From an uncultured virus (IMG/VR IMGVR_UViG_3300025695_000008) (lineage: Duplodnaviria > Heunggongvirae > Uroviricota > Caudoviricetes), in IMG/VR virus record IMGVR_UViG_3300025695_000008: DNA of 64,000 nt. One strand, given 5' to 3'. The position numbers and the translations under genes were made by a program. Below, piece by piece: positions 60,716 to 64,000 of the stretch (position 1 is the stretch's first letter; each line of letters starts with the position of its first letter). Below the pieces are notes generated by a model. That model did no database searches, had not been told where the DNA came from, and was given only the letters and a program-made list of their open reading frames with translations.

Positions 60716-61591
60716 TTAATCTTTAAAATCGTATCCTTTTGTATTTATTTTGTAGTAACCAAAACCACTTTTCGTTAACTCGTTTAAGTCCTTGATATTC
60801 TTAAGTTTTCTTATCGGTTCGAAAGCATTGTTTACACCTCTATCAATAAATACTTCGGATAAAACTTTTGGTTCGTCTATTGTGTCAGAATATAAATTTA
60901 ATGTGGGTTTCACCTTGTCATCTATATTATTCCTCATATATTTAAATCTAGTAAAATTACCAGGATTATCAACATAAAATATCGGGTTTGGTGTATCTAA
61001 ATAAAGTACGTACTCCACCCTTTTTTTAGTTTCCAGTAATATCATACCAACTACATTCGTACCGCTTATCTCAATTCTTTTACCGTATCTAATCTCAGGG
61101 TTTGGGGTTATAGGGTTTACGGATACCACTTCTTCAATACCATTGTCTAACTCCTCTCTTATATCTTGTGTTATTTGGTCTAGTGGTAAACCTTGTAGTT
61201 CGTCTATTCTAGGGTTTTTTAATAGAGTTTTAGTCTGGTCACCGTCGGATTCTTTTTCTAATGCCATGGCTCTATCCATAGGAAAAGATAAATCTAATAA
61301 CGAGAATTTACTATCTGTAGACCCTTTTATAAAATATTTATCATCCTTATCGCTAAAATGTTCCTTAATATCCTCTTCTGTGGATATTATTTTATCATTA
61401 GTTACGTATTTTTTACCCACTTTGCTAATTTCATTAAAAGGGTATATTTCTTCAATAGTATCCTCTATTTGTTTAATCATTGGGTTATTATGGTAAGGGG
61501 CTATAACTGTTCCGTTACCATCTATATGTGATTCTAGGTTAAATGTTACCCTGTAGTTGTCTGGGTTGTTATCTATGTTAATACTATACAT
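60716..61591 (-). CDS. hypothetical structural protein
   Basis: C-terminal EVFIDRG...GYY pattern. Confidence 0.7.
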   Translation of the reverse strand: MYSINIDNNPDNYRVTFNLESHIDGNGTVIAPYHNNPMIKQIEDTIEEIYPFNEISKVGKKYVTNDKIISTEEDIKEHFSDKDDKYFIKGSTDSKFSLLDLSFPMDRAMALEKESDGDQTKTLLKNPRIDELQGLPLDQITQDIREELDNGIEEVVSVNPITPNPEIRYGKRIEISGTNVVGMILLETKKRVEYVLYLDTPNPIFYVDNPGNFTRFKYMRNNIDDKVKPTLNLYSDTIDEPKVLSEVFIDRGVNNAFEPIRKLKNIKDLNELTKSGFGYYKINTKGYDFKD

Positions 61592-63747
61592 TAGGCTATT
61601 TTTATTTTAAGTGGTATACTTATTATCTCGTCTTGAGTACCTGACTCTTCATCGGCGTTATATACTGTTAATTCTATAGTACCTATAATTGATAGTTCTG
61701 ACATGGTACCAAACTGGTCGAGGAACCCTTTACCTAGAAATGTATCAACCGTTAATATTATCTCTTCATTTGGGTTTATCCTTCTATCTAAGGATTCAAC
61801 TAAAATAGTGATACCATTGGTCTTAACCCAACCAGGGTTTGTTTTTAATAAACTAATTATATTATCCTTAGTAACGTCAGGTTTAAGTTCATCGGTACTT
61901 TCAACCACATCGTTTATTAATTTGTTCGCTAGTGTTATTTGTTTTAATTTAGGTGATGATACTAATGAGTTATGTATTAAGTTCCCTGGTAATGGGAGTG
62001 GTTTTTCGCCGTACCCACTGTACCAACCATCAATAGTTATTACTGAATTAGCTTCTTTATAACTATCAAATGCGGTCACTAAGTTTTCTTGTAAAGAATC
62101 TATATTTAGATCCAATTTAGTACCTATAGTAATAATTCTATCAGGTAGTAAACTAGTTTCGTGTATTATTGAAGGTTCTTTATTTATCTCAGCTTTAATT
62201 TTGTGTGTTAATGATCCGCTAGTTGATAAATCCACGCTATTTTCGTTACTAGATACAATTAAATCTTTTAACTGTATATCTTCTATGATATATGTGTATA
62301 TACTACTAGTGTTATCTATTAATATAGACCCAGAACTAATCTTAGTCGATTCGACCTCTGTATTCACACATTTATTCATCTTTGTTTTTAATAACCCTAT
62401 TTTTTTTGTATCTAATACGTTGTTACCTAACTTAGTTAGATAACCAGTTGGGTCACCGTTTATTTCATAATAAAAAGTAGTACTGTAGTTATAGAATGTT
62501 TGATCATCAGTATAATAACCTTTATATACCCTATCTACTTTTTCATAATAAGGTAGATTTTTTAATCCGTCTAATAGTGTTGGGTATTTAAGTAGATTAC
62601 CTTCGTATCTTATATTCCTTGATATTTCGGTAGATGATAATACCAAATCACCGAATTTTCTTGGTAATACTGGTGTCTTTATATCGGTAGGTTGTTTGTT
62701 GATTAGTGGGTATTTAACCCAGTAATCGTCATAACCTAATTGGTATAGATCAATGTGTTTTGTTGCTTCTATATTGAATGTGTCAGTTCTTTTATTTAGA
62801 TCATATATTTTATAAGTTTTATCTGCGTAATCTAGTTCATACTTTAGGTATAAGTCTTTTTGATTAAAAGTATTCGTACCCTGTAACCATTTTTTAGGTA
62901 AGTTGTTTTTAGCTGACGGTACAAATTGTATTTTATTACCATTTAAAGCGTCCCAGAAGTAGAATTTAGCGTAAAATTCGTTTGTTGGGTATTCATTTAA
63001 AAAGAAAAATGAGAATCCATCGACTGCATCTGTTAAATTGAATACTGGTCTTTTTTGTTTAGGTATTGAATCAATAGATGGGTTTTCGTTAAACATATAC
63101 CTATCCGACACGTATATGGGTATTGTAGTTATCCTTTTTTGTCTTTCTACATTAAAGTCATCATATATCTCGATTAGAACAAAAGAATTGTACATGTAAC
63201 TCTTGTTATTAAAACCTAGGTTACTATCAATCCATTTATCTCTACTATCCCATAGGGGTAATGTAAAAGAATTGTAGAAATGTGGGAACCCTTTTTCTGT
63301 TGGGTAGTCTTTGTTTAATTCACTTAAGGGATTAGTTAGTTTTTGTGGTTTTAACTTAGCTATCTCTATAGGGGATAGGCTGATCTCATTATTTAATAAT
63401 GGGGTTATTAACCCGTTAGAGTCACCTATTTCAAATAATTCAGAAGTACTTTTTTTAAAGCTAACATATTCGCTAGAGTAGTCAGTGAAGTCTGGTTCTA
63501 TGTATAGGGATATCTCATTTATATCCTCTTTACTTAAATATTTTAAGAAGAATAAGTCTATCTCAATGTTATCTGTATCAGGTCTGTAATCAACGCTCTC
63601 TAAATCTAGTGAGGGGTTTATTTTAGCTATGGTCTCAAAATCTAAAGTGTTCTTAAAAGAGAAGTCTCTATCAGAAGTATGATCTTCACTACTCAAAAAT
63701 ACGTTATTAGATACTTGTTCTCCTCTTATTATTTTTTTTCTTAACAT
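61591..63747 (-). CDS. hypothetical structural protein
   Basis: 718 aa, NSF..IEIYD and FYAKFYFWDA patterns. Confidence 0.7.
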   Translation of the reverse strand: MLRKKIIRGEQVSNNVFLSSEDHTSDRDFSFKNTLDFETIAKINPSLDLESVDYRPDTDNIEIDLFFLKYLSKEDINEISLYIEPDFTDYSSEYVSFKKSTSELFEIGDSNGLITPLLNNEISLSPIEIAKLKPQKLTNPLSELNKDYPTEKGFPHFYNSFTLPLWDSRDKWIDSNLGFNNKSYMYNSFVLIEIYDDFNVERQKRITTIPIYVSDRYMFNENPSIDSIPKQKRPVFNLTDAVDGFSFFFLNEYPTNEFYAKFYFWDALNGNKIQFVPSAKNNLPKKWLQGTNTFNQKDLYLKYELDYADKTYKIYDLNKRTDTFNIEATKHIDLYQLGYDDYWVKYPLINKQPTDIKTPVLPRKFGDLVLSSTEISRNIRYEGNLLKYPTLLDGLKNLPYYEKVDRVYKGYYTDDQTFYNYSTTFYYEINGDPTGYLTKLGNNVLDTKKIGLLKTKMNKCVNTEVESTKISSGSILIDNTSSIYTYIIEDIQLKDLIVSSNENSVDLSTSGSLTHKIKAEINKEPSIIHETSLLPDRIITIGTKLDLNIDSLQENLVTAFDSYKEANSVITIDGWYSGYGEKPLPLPGNLIHNSLVSSPKLKQITLANKLINDVVESTDELKPDVTKDNIISLLKTNPGWVKTNGITILVESLDRRINPNEEIILTVDTFLGKGFLDQFGTMSELSIIGTIELTVYNADEESGTQDEIISIPLKIKIA

Positions 63748-64000
63748 TCTTCGTCAGTATATGGTTTAAACGGATCATCACTACTTCCGTTATTAGTATT
63801 ACCGAATAAATCTTCAGTTATGTTTCTTAAGTAATCATCAACAGAATTAACCGAATCTATATTAGATACGTCGTTTGCATTTAATCTATACTTTTTGGTT
63901 TTATTTTTTTCAATTAGTGCGTTGAATGGTAATCTAGTGTAACTATACCTACACCCATTTAAAAACGGGAAGTCAAGTATAGTACCATCTTCATCAGATA
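63741..64000 (-). CDS. 3' end of a structural-operon gene (partial)
   Basis: frame ending ...DDPFKPYTDEEC* overlapping the ATG at 63747. Confidence 0.6.
   Translation of the reverse strand, partial: SDEDGTILDFPFLNGCRYSYTRLPFNALIEKNKTKKYRLNANDVSNIDSVNSVDDYLRNITEDLFGNTNNGSSDDPFKPYTDEEC

Noticed and set aside
29118..62443. Numerous short plus-strand ORFs opposite large genes
   Set aside because: Fully antisense to well-supported genes, with Ser/Leu/Phe-rich shadow composition and mostly non-ATG starts
1..64000. Stop-codon reassignment
   Set aside because: Long genes are intact in the standard code, TAA/TAG/TGA all end genes, and no suppressor tRNA is present in the window

Overview
AT-rich (~30% GC by eye), densely coded, almost entirely minus-strand segment of a large (jumbo-type) tailed phage genome. 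The host is probably a member of Bacteroidota: host-type TTG-N19/20-TAnnTTTG promoters recur, and the sigma factor and ClpP look Bacteroidota-like. The genetic code appears standard. From left to right: small hypothetical genes; cysteine synthase; secreted non-specific nuclease; thioredoxin; RecD2; an RNA-gene island (5 tRNAs, a tmRNA with an unusual 26-aa tag, three unannotated stem-closed structured RNAs, and a small ORF enclosed by a 13-bp stem); a nuclease cluster with a T5 A1-like protein; an LRR fusion protein; two collagen-like fibre genes; ClpP; putative internal head proteins including an ArdC-like protein; a degenerate amidase; sigma-70; SbcCD; primase; RuvC-like resolvase; and a large baseplate/tail module. 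The most novel-looking signal is the tRNA-punctuated array of end-paired RNA cassettes at 7764-9582, together with the non-canonical tmRNA tag and the phage ClpP. All calls come from reading the sequence and recalling motifs; no searches or folding programs were run.
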